DNA of 64,000 nt from Candidatus Methanomethylicaceae archaeon (GCA_025057955.1 JANXER010000003.1:2181-66180), one strand, 5' to 3'. Positions 9,991 to 20,513 are shown, counted from the stretch's first letter. Program-made: numbers and translations. Notes: a model not told the origin generated them from the letters alone.

Positions 9991-10440
9991 TTAATAAACA
10001 AAAGCTTCATCAAGACGAGAATATTTCAAAAAATCTGAATTTTTGAAAAATATGGAGAGTTCTCTCTCAGCACTTTCTAAAGAATCTGATGCATGAATTA
10101 TGTTCATGCTTTTTGAGCATGAGAAATCGCCTCTTATTGTTCCAGGAGGAGCTTCTTTTGAGTCTGTAGGACCAATAATTCTTCGCATTATAGATATAGC
10201 ACTTTCTCCCTCTATGGCCATAATAACGACTGGTGCAGATCTTATGAAATTTACTAAATCTTTATAAAATGGTTTATTTTTATGAACCTCATATAATTTT
10301 TCTGCTTCTTCTTCAGATAAATTTATCATCCTCATACCTACTATCTTCAATCCTTTCCGCTCTATTCTGGAGATTATTTCACCTATAAGACCACGAACTA
10401 TGGCATCTGGCTTTATCATGACAAAAGTTCGTTCTATCAT
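9991..10440 (-). CDS. ndk: Nucleoside diphosphate kinase
   Basis: FVMIKPDA..., NIIHASD active-site His motif. Confidence 0.9.
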   Translation of the reverse strand: MIERTFVMIKPDAIVRGLIGEIISRIERKGLKIVGMRMINLSEEEAEKLYEVHKNKPFYKDLVNFIRSAPVVIMAIEGESAISIMRRIIGPTDSKEAPPGTIRGDFSCSKSMNIIHASDSLESAERELSIFFKNSDFLKYSRLDEAFVY

Positions 10441-10619
10441 TTACTTACCGCCTCTGAGGCCCACTTTATATGCCTTGGATTTCTTTTAAGATATAACATA
10501 TTCTTTCTACACTTACTTGAACAAAAGCGTAATATTGTGCCATCATTTTTCACGTACATTATACCAGTGCCAGGCTCTATTTTTTTGCTACAAAAGGAGC
10601 ATTTGAATATTGTAACCAT
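10437..10619 (-). CDS. rpl24e: 50S ribosomal protein L24e
   Basis: C4 zinc motif CSFC...C..C and the L24e fold. Confidence 0.9.
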   Translation of the reverse strand: MVTIFKCSFCSKKIEPGTGIMYVKNDGTILRFCSSKCRKNMLYLKRNPRHIKWASEAVSK

Positions 10620-10640
10620 AGAAATTCACCAGTGTAAAAA

Positions 10641-10862
10641 TTACCTTGGTGTTAATTTCTTAGCCTCGCGCTCAGTTTCCCTTAGCATTAGTATATCTCC
10701 AACCCTCACTGGTCCCTTAACATTTCTTGTTAGAATTCTTCCTTTATCCTTCCCTTCAAGAACTCGAACTCTTACTTGTATAACCTCTCCAGTAACACCA
10801 GTTCTACCGATTAATTGAATTACTTCAGCAGGATAGGCCTCACTGGATTCACTGCTCATCAT
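10641..10862 (-). CDS. rps28e: 30S ribosomal protein S28e
   Basis: [21 protein letters not shown]... S28e signature. Confidence 0.9.
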   Translation of the reverse strand: MMSSESSEAYPAEVIQLIGRTGVTGEVIQVRVRVLEGKDKGRILTRNVKGPVRVGDILMLRETEREAKKLTPR

Positions 10863-10874
10863 TTATCCCCAGAG

Positions 10875-11360
10875 TTATTTCTCTGCTTTTTTCCTCTTTG
10901 GTTTCTCTTCCTTCTTAGGTGCTTCCTTCGGAGCTTCTGCTTCTTTTGGAACCTCCTCCTTTGCTTCTCCCTTGAATCTTATCTCAGAAACCTTTGCAAT
11001 GATTTCATCCATTAATGGTTTTCCCTTTCCAGGATCTAATATAGCAACAGCTGAGGCTGAAACCTCTATGCCAGCAACCTCTCCAAGCTTGCTTTTTGAA
11101 TCTACATAAACATATGGAATTTTCTTCTCATCTGAAAGTAAAGGTAAATGAGCTACTATCTCTGGTGGATCTACATCTTGTGCAATTACAAGTAGTTTTG
11201 CTAAGTTTCTTTCCACTGCCTTAGTAGATTCGTTTGCGCCCTTCTTTATTTTTCCACTTTCAGCGGCTAGTTTTACACACTCGTATACCTTTTCCATTAG
11301 CTCCGACGTCACCTCAAAGGTAACATATATCGGCTTGGACATATCCCTCAACCTCTTCAT
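10875..11360 (-). CDS. rpl7ae: 50S ribosomal protein L7Ae (K-turn binder) with an unusual ~30-aa Lys/Glu-rich C-terminal tail
   Basis: L7Ae core ...[29 protein letters not shown]...VYVDSK... followed by [30 protein letters not shown]. Confidence 0.9.
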   Translation of the reverse strand: MKRLRDMSKPIYVTFEVTSELMEKVYECVKLAAESGKIKKGANESTKAVERNLAKLLVIAQDVDPPEIVAHLPLLSDEKKIPYVYVDSKSKLGEVAGIEVSASAVAILDPGKGKPLMDEIIAKVSEIRFKGEAKEEVPKEAEAPKEAPKKEEKPKRKKAEK

Positions 11361-11410
11361 CGTTCATTTTCTAGAAAATGAAGTAGAAAGGGGTTTATGA
11401 GCTTTTTGGT

Positions 11411-13126
11411 CTAATCATGGCTATAGTATCCAATAAGCTCTTCATTAACTTTATAGAGTCTAACAAATCCAAATCTATAGAATTGAAAGTTATTTGGAAA
11501 GTCCTCTTTCAATATATGATCATCCACTATTCCCTTAATTTTGCTGCCATCTCTCATTATTATTGAGATTTCAATTCCTACTCCATAGGGTAACCATTGA
11601 ATTATTGGAAATTTTTTAATGGCAAGTATATCTTCACTAAAGAAGGAATACTCTGATGAAGATATTTTCTTTACATTAAATAAATTCATGAGCCTAAAAA
11701 TTGATCCTTCACTTAAACATGATATATCCTTAGATTGTACTAAGACTATGTTTGAGCCAGGGCCAATTTTATATTCAATGTTGCCCCATTCAGGGTGATC
11801 TGGATGAAGAGGAATTTTCGCTTGAAATTCCTTTGGAATATATTTTATTTCAATAGCTATTGGATCTTGAATAAATATAAAACGTTTAGCAATTGGATCT
11901 AAAATTTTTCTATTTATTGCTTCCAAATTCTTCCAGCTTATTGTGGCTTCAGATGGCTTTATTCCCACTTCCAATATTATTTGTCTAATGGTCTCAGGTA
12001 ATATTCCACGCTTCCTTAGAGCTGCAATCGTACCAAGCCTTGGATCACTCCAATCCATGAATTTTCCTTCCTCTATGCCTTGGCGCATCTTAGATTTGCT
12101 TAGCATGGTTCCTTCTATTTTAAGACGACCATAATGTATAACTTCAGGATATTCCCATCCAAAATATTTGTAGAGATACATCTGCCTAATAGTATTGATC
12201 TCATGCTCCTTTCCACGTAATATATGAGTAATACCCATTAAGTGATCATCAATAGCACATGCGAAATTATAGAGAGGCCATACACGATACTTGATACCTT
12301 GTAAGGGGTGGGGTTTAGGATCTATTCGCATGGCAGGCCATTCTCTAACCGCTGGATTTGGATGATTCAATTCTGTCTTAATTCTCATAACTGCCTCGCC
12401 TCTTTTAATTGCACCACTTAACATTCCTTCCCATCTTTTTAGATGTTCTTCCACTGGAAGATCTCTACAAGGACACGGTATACTAGATATCAACAATTTA
12501 CGAAATCTCTCCGGCTTACAAGTACATATGTAAGCTTTATCTAGTTCGATTATCCTTTTTGCATAATCATAATAAATTTCCAATCTCTGCGACTGAATAT
12601 ATTCCTCTTGCCAATTAATTCCAAGCCACTTAAGATCCTCGCGTATAGATTCATAAGCCTCAAGCATGGGTGGTTTTACCGATGGAGAAGTATCCTCAAA
12701 TCTAAGTATGAAAATTCCATTATACATTTTCGCATATTCATCATTCAATATGGCTGCACGAGAATTGCCAAGATGAATAGCGAAATCTGGGTTGGGTGCA
12801 AATCTTACTCGAATTTTAGAATATTTATGAGCGTTTGGAAGGGGTGGAAGCAAATGTTTTTCCTCTTTCACTTTCTCCTTTAATACTTGTACACCAAGCT
12901 CCCTTGCTAAATTTTGCTGATCAAATAAACTCATAGAATTTATTTCTGAGACAATTGCATCTGATAATCTAAATATTTCTTGTATCATTTGTCTTAAATC
13001 TGGTCTCTCTGACAATACCTTTCCAACAACTGATTTTACTTCAGCTTTACCTCCATATTTTATAGCATTTAAAAGAGCATGCTTTCTAATCAATGGGATT
13101 AATTCCTCATGATTCATTGCAATCAC
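11411..13126 (-). CDS. gltX: Glutamyl-tRNA synthetase (archaeal GluRS, class I)
   Basis: Class I HIGH-like HLGN and KMSKS-like MLSKSK; 571 aa, Glu/Gln-RS catalytic core. Confidence 0.85.
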   Translation of the reverse strand: MIAMNHEELIPLIRKHALLNAIKYGGKAEVKSVVGKVLSERPDLRQMIQEIFRLSDAIVSEINSMSLFDQQNLARELGVQVLKEKVKEEKHLLPPLPNAHKYSKIRVRFAPNPDFAIHLGNSRAAILNDEYAKMYNGIFILRFEDTSPSVKPPMLEAYESIREDLKWLGINWQEEYIQSQRLEIYYDYAKRIIELDKAYICTCKPERFRKLLISSIPCPCRDLPVEEHLKRWEGMLSGAIKRGEAVMRIKTELNHPNPAVREWPAMRIDPKPHPLQGIKYRVWPLYNFACAIDDHLMGITHILRGKEHEINTIRQMYLYKYFGWEYPEVIHYGRLKIEGTMLSKSKMRQGIEEGKFMDWSDPRLGTIAALRKRGILPETIRQIILEVGIKPSEATISWKNLEAINRKILDPIAKRFIFIQDPIAIEIKYIPKEFQAKIPLHPDHPEWGNIEYKIGPGSNIVLVQSKDISCLSEGSIFRLMNLFNVKKISSSEYSFFSEDILAIKKFPIIQWLPYGVGIEISIIMRDGSKIKGIVDDHILKEDFPNNFQFYRFGFVRLYKVNEELIGYYSHD

Positions 13127-14091
13127 TTTACTCTTGATATAGCATAATTTGCAAGCTCAATTAAATCATATTTTGCTTCTGATTCTGGAAATTTGGCTAT
13201 GGAATCTATGGCCATTTTTATATAGCGCTTAGCTTTATCCAAAGTATATTCATCTATACCTTCTTGCTTTATTCCATCAATTAATTTACGAATTTCTTGA
13301 TCTGAAATATTTTTCTTTCCTAAAATTCTTAATATATCCTCTCTAAGTTTAGAGGAAAGAGCTTTTATAACAATTAATGTTTTCTTCCCCTCTCTTATGT
13401 CACTACCTATGGGCTTCCCTAGAACTTCTTCTCTTGAGAATATCCCAAGATAATCATCAAATATTTGAAATCCAATGCCTAAATTACCACCATATCTCCC
13501 TAAGAGCTCAATTGTAGTTTCATCTCCTCCTCCTATTAGCCCGCCAATTTCTGCACATGCTTTGAATAGTGCACCAGTTTTTTTATAAATCATTGTTAAA
13601 TATTCCTCCTCACTTACATCAATTCTAGCCTCAAAAGCCATATCAAGACTCTGCCCCTCACATATTGTAACTGTAGCATCTGCCATAATTTTCGCAGCTT
13701 TTATTAAACAATCATAATTAACATTAGGGGAAGATAATAAAACTTGAAAAGCTTTTGCAAAAAGCATATCGCCAGCCAATATTCCCATGGGAATGCCCCA
13801 TAAAGTATGTACCGTTGGAATGCCCCTTCTCAAAGAATCATTATCCATTATATCATCATGTATAAGTGTGAAATTATGTAGTAGCTCTACTGCAGCAGCA
13901 GTAAAAATCGCTTTTTCAAAATTGCCACCAACTAATTCGCATGATTTAATTACTAAGAATGGACGCAATCTTTTTCCTCCATGACTTGGAAGATGATATG
14001 CAGCTCTATATACTATATCAGCTTCATTTAAGCAATTTTTTATTATTGAATCAATTAAAGAAGAGGTTTGTCTAAGCTTTGATTCTATCAA
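13123..14091 (-). CDS. idsA: Geranylgeranyl diphosphate synthase / polyprenyl synthetase
   Basis: FARM LIHDDIMDND and SARM FQIFDDYLG aspartate-rich motifs. Confidence 0.85.
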   Translation of the reverse strand: MIESKLRQTSSLIDSIIKNCLNEADIVYRAAYHLPSHGGKRLRPFLVIKSCELVGGNFEKAIFTAAAVELLHNFTLIHDDIMDNDSLRRGIPTVHTLWGIPMGILAGDMLFAKAFQVLLSSPNVNYDCLIKAAKIMADATVTICEGQSLDMAFEARIDVSEEEYLTMIYKKTGALFKACAEIGGLIGGGDETTIELLGRYGGNLGIGFQIFDDYLGIFSREEVLGKPIGSDIREGKKTLIVIKALSSKLREDILRILGKKNISDQEIRKLIDGIKQEGIDEYTLDKAKRYIKMAIDSIAKFPESEAKYDLIELANYAISRVK

Positions 14092-15163
14092 GCCCTCTCA
14101 CCTTAAGATTTCTTTGAATAATCCAATTCAATAATTCCCCTTTTATAACAATAGGTGTGGATTTTAGCTCTTTAAGATCTCGACATCCAACTAAAACTAG
14201 TATTGTTTTAAGTTCATTAATTATGTTATTCAAATAGTTAACTACTTCCTTATATCCAGAAAAAGCAAGCGGTAGTAGTGGTCTAGCAATACCTGCTAAA
14301 TCAGCACCTAGGGCAATGGATTTTGCAATATGAAGTCCAGTTCTTATGCCACCAGAGGATATTATTGTTATTTTCGATCCAAGTGATAATACTTCACATA
14401 GGCTCATGGCAGTAGGAATGCCCCAATCCCATAAAGCTTTGGCAATTATTGCTTTTGATTCATTTCCCTTCTGTTTTGCATTATAAAACTCTACAGCAGC
14501 CCAGCTTGTTCCACCTGAGCCTGCAACATCTATAGCATGAATCCCCACGTTCACTAATTTCTCTGCTACCTCCTTTGATATACCACATCCAGTTTCCTTT
14601 ACAACAATTGGAACATTCACCCAATCTACAATATTGGAAAGAATCTTTAGTATCCCTCTAAATTTTGTATCCCCCCCGGGCTGCACAAGCTCCTGTAATG
14701 GATTTAAATGAATTGAGAGAGCATCAGCATTTATCATGGATATTGCCTTCTCTACATAATATTTATAGTTCTCAGTTAGAAGCTGAGTACCTCCTATATT
14801 TGCAATTACTAGAATTTCACTAGATACCTCTCTTACAATGCGAAAAGTATCCTCAAGTTTTGGATTTTCAATAGCAGCACGTTGACTCCCAACATACATT
14901 CCAATATTAAGTTCTGATGCTGCTCTTGCCAAATTTTCATTCAATTTCTTTGTCTCCTCATGTCCTCCAGTCATTGCTGAAATCAATATTGGGGCTGAGA
15001 GGGGTTTCCCGAATAAATTTATTGATATATTCACATCTTCTAAGTCTAATTCTGGAAGAGCAAAATGTATCAATTCCACATCATCTAGATATGTACTCTT
15101 TCTATAAGAGACATCATAATCTCTGCAAATGATGGTATGAAATAGTTTTCTATCTGATATCAA
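14072..15163 (-). CDS. fni: Isopentenyl-diphosphate delta-isomerase type 2 (FMN-dependent)
   Basis: TIM-barrel IDI-2 sequence (GKPLSAPILISAMTGG..., GGTSWA...). Confidence 0.9.
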   Translation of the reverse strand: MISDRKLFHTIICRDYDVSYRKSTYLDDVELIHFALPELDLEDVNISINLFGKPLSAPILISAMTGGHEETKKLNENLARAASELNIGMYVGSQRAAIENPKLEDTFRIVREVSSEILVIANIGGTQLLTENYKYYVEKAISMINADALSIHLNPLQELVQPGGDTKFRGILKILSNIVDWVNVPIVVKETGCGISKEVAEKLVNVGIHAIDVAGSGGTSWAAVEFYNAKQKGNESKAIIAKALWDWGIPTAMSLCEVLSLGSKITIISSGGIRTGLHIAKSIALGADLAGIARPLLPLAFSGYKEVVNYLNNIINELKTILVLVGCRDLKELKSTPIVIKGELLNWIIQRNLKVRGLDRIKA

Positions 15164-15927
15164 TTAGCATCAACTCTTGTGCAGATTATTTCCTCTCCTA
15201 TTAGTAATTTAGTAAGTAAACCCGGACGAGTTATATTAAAGATTATGGAGGTTTTTCCACCTTTACCTAAATAATCTTTTATCTCTAGGAGTTTACCAAC
15301 CATTCCTCCTGTTACATCATATTTTGAATTACCTATTTTTGGTAGTAAAGAATTTATTTCTGAGAATTTTACTTTTGATAATATTCTTCCATTGATTATA
15401 ATTCCATCAACATCTGTTCCAAATATTAAAGCCTTAGCATTAAATCTAATTGCAAGCATTGAAGCAATTCTATCACCAGATAATATCTTGAAATCATTCA
15501 ATTCATCAATTATTACATCCCCACCAAGTATAGGAATCATATTATGTTTCAATGAAAGCTCTAAAGGATTCAAAAAGTATTTTAATTCATCATTAGTAGT
15601 AAAAAAAATACTAGATGAACTTATTGGAAATATTGGAACTCCATACTTCAGAAATTTTTCTGAAATGATTTTAGCTAGAGAGAGCATAGCACATCTAACT
15701 TCTGAGACTCCAATGCAATCCTTTAATTTACCATTTTTTAGATATTTTTTAGCAGCAAAATGACCAAAAGATCCTCCACCATATACTATAATCATTGATG
15801 GTAAATGTTTCAATTTGGAAAGCTCAAATGCAATGTTTTCAATAACTTCAATATTAGGAGTCATGGGAGAATCTTTTTTTGTAATAGCACTTCCTCCAAG
15901 CTTTATTACATATTCAATATTACTCAA
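15160..15927 (-). CDS. ipk: Isopentenyl phosphate kinase (amino-acid-kinase family)
   Basis: VIKLGGSAITKKD N-terminus, ~255 aa, sitting within the isoprenoid gene cluster. Confidence 0.8.
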   Translation of the reverse strand: MSNIEYVIKLGGSAITKKDSPMTPNIEVIENIAFELSKLKHLPSMIIVYGGGSFGHFAAKKYLKNGKLKDCIGVSEVRCAMLSLAKIISEKFLKYGVPIFPISSSSIFFTTNDELKYFLNPLELSLKHNMIPILGGDVIIDELNDFKILSGDRIASMLAIRFNAKALIFGTDVDGIIINGRILSKVKFSEINSLLPKIGNSKYDVTGGMVGKLLEIKDYLGKGGKTSIIFNITRPGLLTKLLIGEEIICTRVDAN

Positions 15928-16732
15928 TTTCAGTCACCCCATGATCTATGAAATAATATTTTTGAAAGGCTCCATATTGTGAGAAATCCTTTGGTGTTAA
16001 TATTATATGACCAACTATATCTCCAGCAGATATAACCTTTGCACCATAAATATTTTTAATTTTAGAGATTTTAAGTAGCTCTTTAGGTTTTATTAGGCCT
16101 AAGGTGAGGGAAAGACCAGATTCTATTGATAGAAGTCGTCCTAGCTTTTCAAAATCTCCTCTCCTTATAGCTTTTCCTCCCTCTATAGTTAAATGTCCTA
16201 TAGTGTGTAGAATGGGTTGATATAACTCTGGAAAATCATTGGCAAGCCTTTTGAGGATTTTATTTGAAAATTTTCTTCGATTCTTTATATTAATAAGAAT
16301 AGCAGAGTCCAAGCTACCATCTATTGATATTGCCCCCTCACTCTTTCTAAATATTACAAAACCTCCAGAAAGAGAAGTAAGAGCTCTCATTAATGTAATT
16401 AATGACGCCCCATGCAACTTATCCATTAGATCGATAATATCATCTTTAAAAAATTCGTAGGCTGAATATAATATAGATGTTAATGATAAGAAGTCATCAT
16501 TTGAAGGGATTACATTAACCTCAAAACAAAATCCCTTCTCTGTGAGATATTTTTCCATAACCTTCTTTATGAATTTATCGAAAATAGGAAGACTTGCTCT
16601 ATGGAAACTATTTAGTGAAATCTCAACCTCTCTAATGAAACTTATTGTTGAGAATAAAGTAGGATTATTAGTATCTATAAAGGCCTCACCAAGAATAGGA
16701 ATGGAAAATGGTATTCTCAGCTTACTTTTCAC
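15920..16732 (-). CDS. GHMP-kinase family protein, mevalonate-kinase-like, with a degenerate phosphate-binding loop
   Basis: N-terminus SIPILGEAF (compare MVK KVILFGEHAV); C-terminal GHMP motif IYGAKVISAGDIVGHIIL. The expected PxGxGLGSSAA loop reads IPSNDDFLSLTS instead. Confidence 0.6.
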   Translation of the reverse strand: MKSKLRIPFSIPILGEAFIDTNNPTLFSTISFIREVEISLNSFHRASLPIFDKFIKKVMEKYLTEKGFCFEVNVIPSNDDFLSLTSILYSAYEFFKDDIIDLMDKLHGASLITLMRALTSLSGGFVIFRKSEGAISIDGSLDSAILINIKNRRKFSNKILKRLANDFPELYQPILHTIGHLTIEGGKAIRRGDFEKLGRLLSIESGLSLTLGLIKPKELLKISKIKNIYGAKVISAGDIVGHIILTPKDFSQYGAFQKYYFIDHGVTEIE

Positions 16733-16739
16733 TCAATGT

Positions 16740-17591
16740 TCACCTAATCATTACATAAGATCCATAGCCAACTACTTCATACTTTGGACCTGAAGTGTCT
16801 CCTGATGTAGCATAACATAGACGCTTGCATTCCTTTGCTCCCAACTCTTTAGCAGCAATTATAGTAGTCATAACAGGCCCTGGACCACACATGCTTATAT
16901 CTTCCTTCATTACTACTTCACTTAAAGCTTTAGCATCCATCCTCAATATACATACTTCTACTAATGCATCTTTTCTATAGGCTTCAGAGTAGGGGACATA
17001 ATGTGAAAAATCTGTACTTGCAATTATTAATAAAGATTTATTATGAAGTACCTTTGCTAAAGCCCTTCCAAGCTCAAAAGAAGTTTCATAATCTTGAAGT
17101 AACATGCATATGGGTAGAATTTTAAATTTTTCCTTATATATGAATTGAAGAAAAGGAATTTGAACTTCAATTGAGTGCTCATATAGGTGTGCTGCCTCAT
17201 CTATTTCTACAATACCTTCTTCTGCTAATCTCTCAGCTGATTCCGAGTCCGTTTCAATTTCACCTAATGGAGTTATCCAAGTTCCTCCACCCCATACTGA
17301 GACTCCAGCACCCATACCTGTGTGATTTGGACCTATTATTACAACGATTTCAGGTATAGGCTCCCTAGATATATAGTAGTAACCATGAGCTGCAACTGGA
17401 CCAGAGTAAATATAGCCAGCATGAGGGGATACTAAACCTATACATGTTCTTCTATCTGTTTCAATTCCTTTAGGAAGAACCTTTGGACCAATCTTATGAA
17501 GAAAGCACCAATTCAATTGTTTTTTTAATCCTTCAGAGGAATATTCATAGAAGCTTCCAGCCACGGAGGGACGTCTATTCTTCAACCTCAT
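16740..17591 (-). CDS. MEMO1-family protein (AmmeMemoRadiSam system protein B-like)
   Basis: RPSVAGSFY... Memo signature and His/Asp metal-binding residues; start chosen at the Met preceding RLKNRRP. Confidence 0.8.
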   Translation of the reverse strand: MRLKNRRPSVAGSFYEYSSEGLKKQLNWCFLHKIGPKVLPKGIETDRRTCIGLVSPHAGYIYSGPVAAHGYYYISREPIPEIVVIIGPNHTGMGAGVSVWGGGTWITPLGEIETDSESAERLAEEGIVEIDEAAHLYEHSIEVQIPFLQFIYKEKFKILPICMLLQDYETSFELGRALAKVLHNKSLLIIASTDFSHYVPYSEAYRKDALVEVCILRMDAKALSEVVMKEDISMCGPGPVMTTIIAAKELGAKECKRLCYATSGDTSGPKYEVVGYGSYVMIR

Positions 17592-18228
17592 ATCCTCCGT
17601 ATTCCTCTTCACCCACAAGTACCTTTGATTCAAAGTCTTCTATAGTTGCTGCAAGTTCTGCAGTAGGTGCAATTTCTCCTCTCTCTCTTAGAATCTGTCT
17701 AGCTAGAAGCCAATATACTAAAGCTAGAGATTTTCTTCCCTTATTGTTTATTGGAATAGTCAAATCAATAAATTGACATCTATTATCAGTATCACATAAT
17801 CCAACTATAGGAATGCCCACTTTTGATGCTTCAATAATGGCCTGCCAATCTGCACGAGGATCTGTTACTATTATTACTTCAGGTTCTATATATGTTGGAA
17901 GTTTTGGATTGGTAAATGTCCCAGGAATAAATCTACCAGTAACCGCTTTCCCACCAATAGTATCTGCAAATTTTTCAACAGGCTTAAAGCCATATTGTCT
18001 TGCAGAAACTGCAAGTACTTTCTCCGGTCTAAATCTAGAAATAAACTTTGCAGCTATTCTAATTCTTTCATCAGTTTTCTTAACATCCAATACATAAAGT
18101 CCATCAGGTCTAACTCTATATATGAATGGACGCATATCATTAGTCTTAACATGAGTTCCAATATGAATGCCCGCAGCTAGATAAACTTCAAGAGGAATTA
18201 GTAACTCTGCAGCTTCTACTGTTGCCAT
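17575..18228 (-). CDS. rps2: 30S ribosomal protein S2 (uS2)
   Basis: ...[13 protein letters not shown]... S2 signature. Confidence 0.95.
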   Translation of the reverse strand: MATVEAAELLIPLEVYLAAGIHIGTHVKTNDMRPFIYRVRPDGLYVLDVKKTDERIRIAAKFISRFRPEKVLAVSARQYGFKPVEKFADTIGGKAVTGRFIPGTFTNPKLPTYIEPEVIIVTDPRADWQAIIEASKVGIPIVGLCDTDNRCQFIDLTIPINNKGRKSLALVYWLLARQILRERGEIAPTAELAATIEDFESKVLVGEEEYGGYEVEE

Positions 18229-18265
18229 ATTCTTACCCTCACTTAGGATTATAATGTTAATTTAT

Positions 18266-18493
18266 TTATTTTTCGCTCTCACCTTTTCTATAAGCATAAT
18301 ATTGAAGAACCTCATCTATTAACTCTATATGAGAGAGAAACATCCTTCTACAACAGTATCTAGTTATATTTAATTCATCAAGGACTTTTGCAGGATCTCT
18401 TCCACTCATTATGGCTTTCTTATAACTCTCCCACTTATCTCCAATCAATTTTCCACATGTAAAGCATCGTATTGGTATTATCAAATGAATCAC
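18266..18493 (-). CDS. rpoN: DNA-directed RNA polymerase subunit N (Rpo10)
   Basis: [11 protein letters not shown]...YCCRRM zinc-bundle motif. Confidence 0.9.
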   Translation of the reverse strand: MIHLIIPIRCFTCGKLIGDKWESYKKAIMSGRDPAKVLDELNITRYCCRRMFLSHIELIDEVLQYYAYRKGESEK

Positions 18494-18900
18494 CTATATG
18501 ACTTTTGCTTCTTCCTCCTAGCACTATATCCTCCATATTTCTTAGGTTCAGTTCTTCTTGGATCTTCAATAAGCATCCTCCTATCATATTCCAAGAGTTT
18601 TCTTCTAACTTCCTCTCCTCCGAATTCAGCTAGTATTTTAGAAATAACTATTCTAGCAGCTTCTGCTTGACCCATGATTCCTCCTCCTTTAACCTTCATA
18701 TATATGTCTAGCTTAGAAGCTACACCATTGCCTGCAACAATAACTGGTTCCATTATCTTCATTCTAGCAATTCTAGGTTCATATATTTCTAATGGTATTC
18801 CATTAATCAAAATTTTGCCATTACCTTCATAAGCAGTAGCTCTTGCAATAGCAGTCTTTCTTTTTCCACTTACAACTACAACTTTCATTATCCACTCCAC
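18490..18900 (-). CDS. rps9: 30S ribosomal protein S9 (uS9)
   Basis: S9 family with the basic C-terminus ...[10 protein letters not shown]. Confidence 0.95.
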   Translation of the reverse strand: MEWIMKVVVVSGKRKTAIARATAYEGNGKILINGIPLEIYEPRIARMKIMEPVIVAGNGVASKLDIYMKVKGGGIMGQAEAARIVISKILAEFGGEEVRRKLLEYDRRMLIEDPRRTEPKKYGGYSARRKKQKSYR

Positions 18901-19328
18901 CCTAGACTTCTTGAAATTTCTTCAAGCGTTACATATGGACCTCTTAAATATTTCACATGAGCTTCCTCTATTTGAATAAAATTAGCAGATTTAAGTTCAT
19001 CGGGAATGCCAATATATACCTTTAATCTTTTTAATGCCTTTATACCAGAGGGCTTTTTGGGCAACATATTTCTTATAGCATAATATACTAATCTATCTGG
19101 TGATCTATGATGCTTAGGACCTACTTTTTCTGGATTCTTCCAAGTCCTTAAACTCAACCATCTTCTATAATCCTCGATTACTGTATTTCTTCTTCCTGAA
19201 ACTACCACTTTCTCAACATTTACTATAACAACCTTATTACCATTAAGTAAATACTTTGCCACTCTACTTGCCATTCTTCCCAATCTTAAATCAGTTCCAT
19301 CAATATAGATTACATCAGTCATAATCAT
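18888..19328 (-). CDS. rpl13: 50S ribosomal protein L13 (uL13)
   Basis: IDGTDLRLGRMASRVAKYLL... L13 signature. Confidence 0.95.
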   Translation of the reverse strand: MIMTDVIYIDGTDLRLGRMASRVAKYLLNGNKVVIVNVEKVVVSGRRNTVIEDYRRWLSLRTWKNPEKVGPKHHRSPDRLVYYAIRNMLPKKPSGIKALKRLKVYIGIPDELKSANFIQIEEAHVKYLRGPYVTLEEISRSLGWSG

Positions 19329-19703
19329 CTACCTCAATATTCTAACATTTTTACCCTTTGGATTCATGGCAATTAATTCTTCCAGCGTTAAAGCCCTTCC
19401 TCCACTTTGAGCTATTTTCAATTTTGCAGTTTGACTGAAGGAAAGAGCAGCTATATCCACTTTTTTGGAAAGATTTCCAAACCCTAGAACCTTTCCAGCT
19501 ATAACTACACAATCTCCTTCCTTAGTCAATTTATCTATCTTACCTAGGTTTATCACAATTCTTCTTCTGCTTGGAATGCAAAGGGCTTCCGAAAGAGTCC
19601 TCCATATTTTAACTCTATGTATATTAGAGGCTTTTCTCAATAGTCTTATCAAACGCCTCGTTCTTGGATTAGTTGGTAGTGTTCTCTTTACCATTCGATA
19701 CAC
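19329..19703 (-). CDS. rpl18e: 50S ribosomal protein L18e
   Basis: PTNPRTRRLIRLL... L18e family. Confidence 0.9.
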   Translation of the reverse strand: MYRMVKRTLPTNPRTRRLIRLLRKASNIHRVKIWRTLSEALCIPSRRRIVINLGKIDKLTKEGDCVVIAGKVLGFGNLSKKVDIAALSFSQTAKLKIAQSGGRALTLEELIAMNPKGKNVRILR

Positions 19704-20511
19704 CTTCCATTATGGATTTAATGATTTCACGAAGTTCACCACATCTTTGAGCCAGATAATTACAAGCCATTAATAATAGCTCTTCATTGGTTCTAGAGCC
19801 AGTGGTTTCCAAGGTCAATCTAGCACTTCTATCATTATATGAAACCTTTATTGCAGCCTTAGGACAAACCTCCTCACATACCTTGCACAAAGAACATGCC
19901 CAAATTGATTTCACTACTAATTTGTTCTCTTTTATCTCTAATACTTTTTTTAGACATTTTTCTACACATATACCACAGAGATCGCAATTTTCATTAATTG
20001 ATATCACAGGCTCATACTTTACAACACATATAGAAACTGGTTGCCATTTTGCATGATATCTCCCCTTTCCCAATCTAGCGTAAGCTACTAATGATATTTT
20101 TTGTCCTGCATTAAGCTTGACTATAGGGATATCATTATTTACTGGATAGACATTGCCTTCTGACTTCAATCTACCGGAATATACAATAGAGAAGTTCTCC
20201 TTTGCCTCCACATCAAGTGAAAGAGCTACCTCACAAAAAGGACAACCTTTGCCATTACAACTACATTTTTCAGGAATATTTAGATTCTCTCCACCCCTAA
20301 GTGGAATCATACTCAATCTATGAGCAATTATCTCATCATATAATACACTAGTATTCTCGGCTATGTACACTTTATCAATGGCAGGAATATAGAGATCCGC
20401 CATTATAATTCTCCTTATGGCATTAACAAAAGCAGGATGAGCTCCTTTAATTATAACATGAAGCTTATCATTCTCTGAAGTAATAGATTCAACTTCCATG
20501 AAAATCCCCAA
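19669..20511 (-). CDS. rpoD: DNA-directed RNA polymerase subunit D (Rpo3) with a ferredoxin-like Fe-S domain
   Basis: Rpb3/RpoD dimerisation domain plus CDLCGICVEKC ... CSLCKVCEEVCP (two CxxCxxCxxxC motifs). Confidence 0.9.
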   Translation of the reverse strand: MGIFMEVESITSENDKLHVIIKGAHPAFVNAIRRIIMADLYIPAIDKVYIAENTSVLYDEIIAHRLSMIPLRGGENLNIPEKCSCNGKGCPFCEVALSLDVEAKENFSIVYSGRLKSEGNVYPVNNDIPIVKLNAGQKISLVAYARLGKGRYHAKWQPVSICVVKYEPVISINENCDLCGICVEKCLKKVLEIKENKLVVKSIWACSLCKVCEEVCPKAAIKVSYNDRSARLTLETTGSRTNEELLLMACNYLAQRCGELREIIKSIMEGVSNGKENTTN

Positions 20512-20513
20512 GG

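Noticed and set aside
8153-10013. The aIF5B gene split into two ORFs could be a frameshift pseudogene or an assembly error.
   Set aside because: The 22-nt insert folds into a perfect BHB whose predicted excision restores both the frame and the conserved motif exactly. A random indel would not do this, and aIF5B is essential. The sequencing-error possibility is retained as the refutation path.
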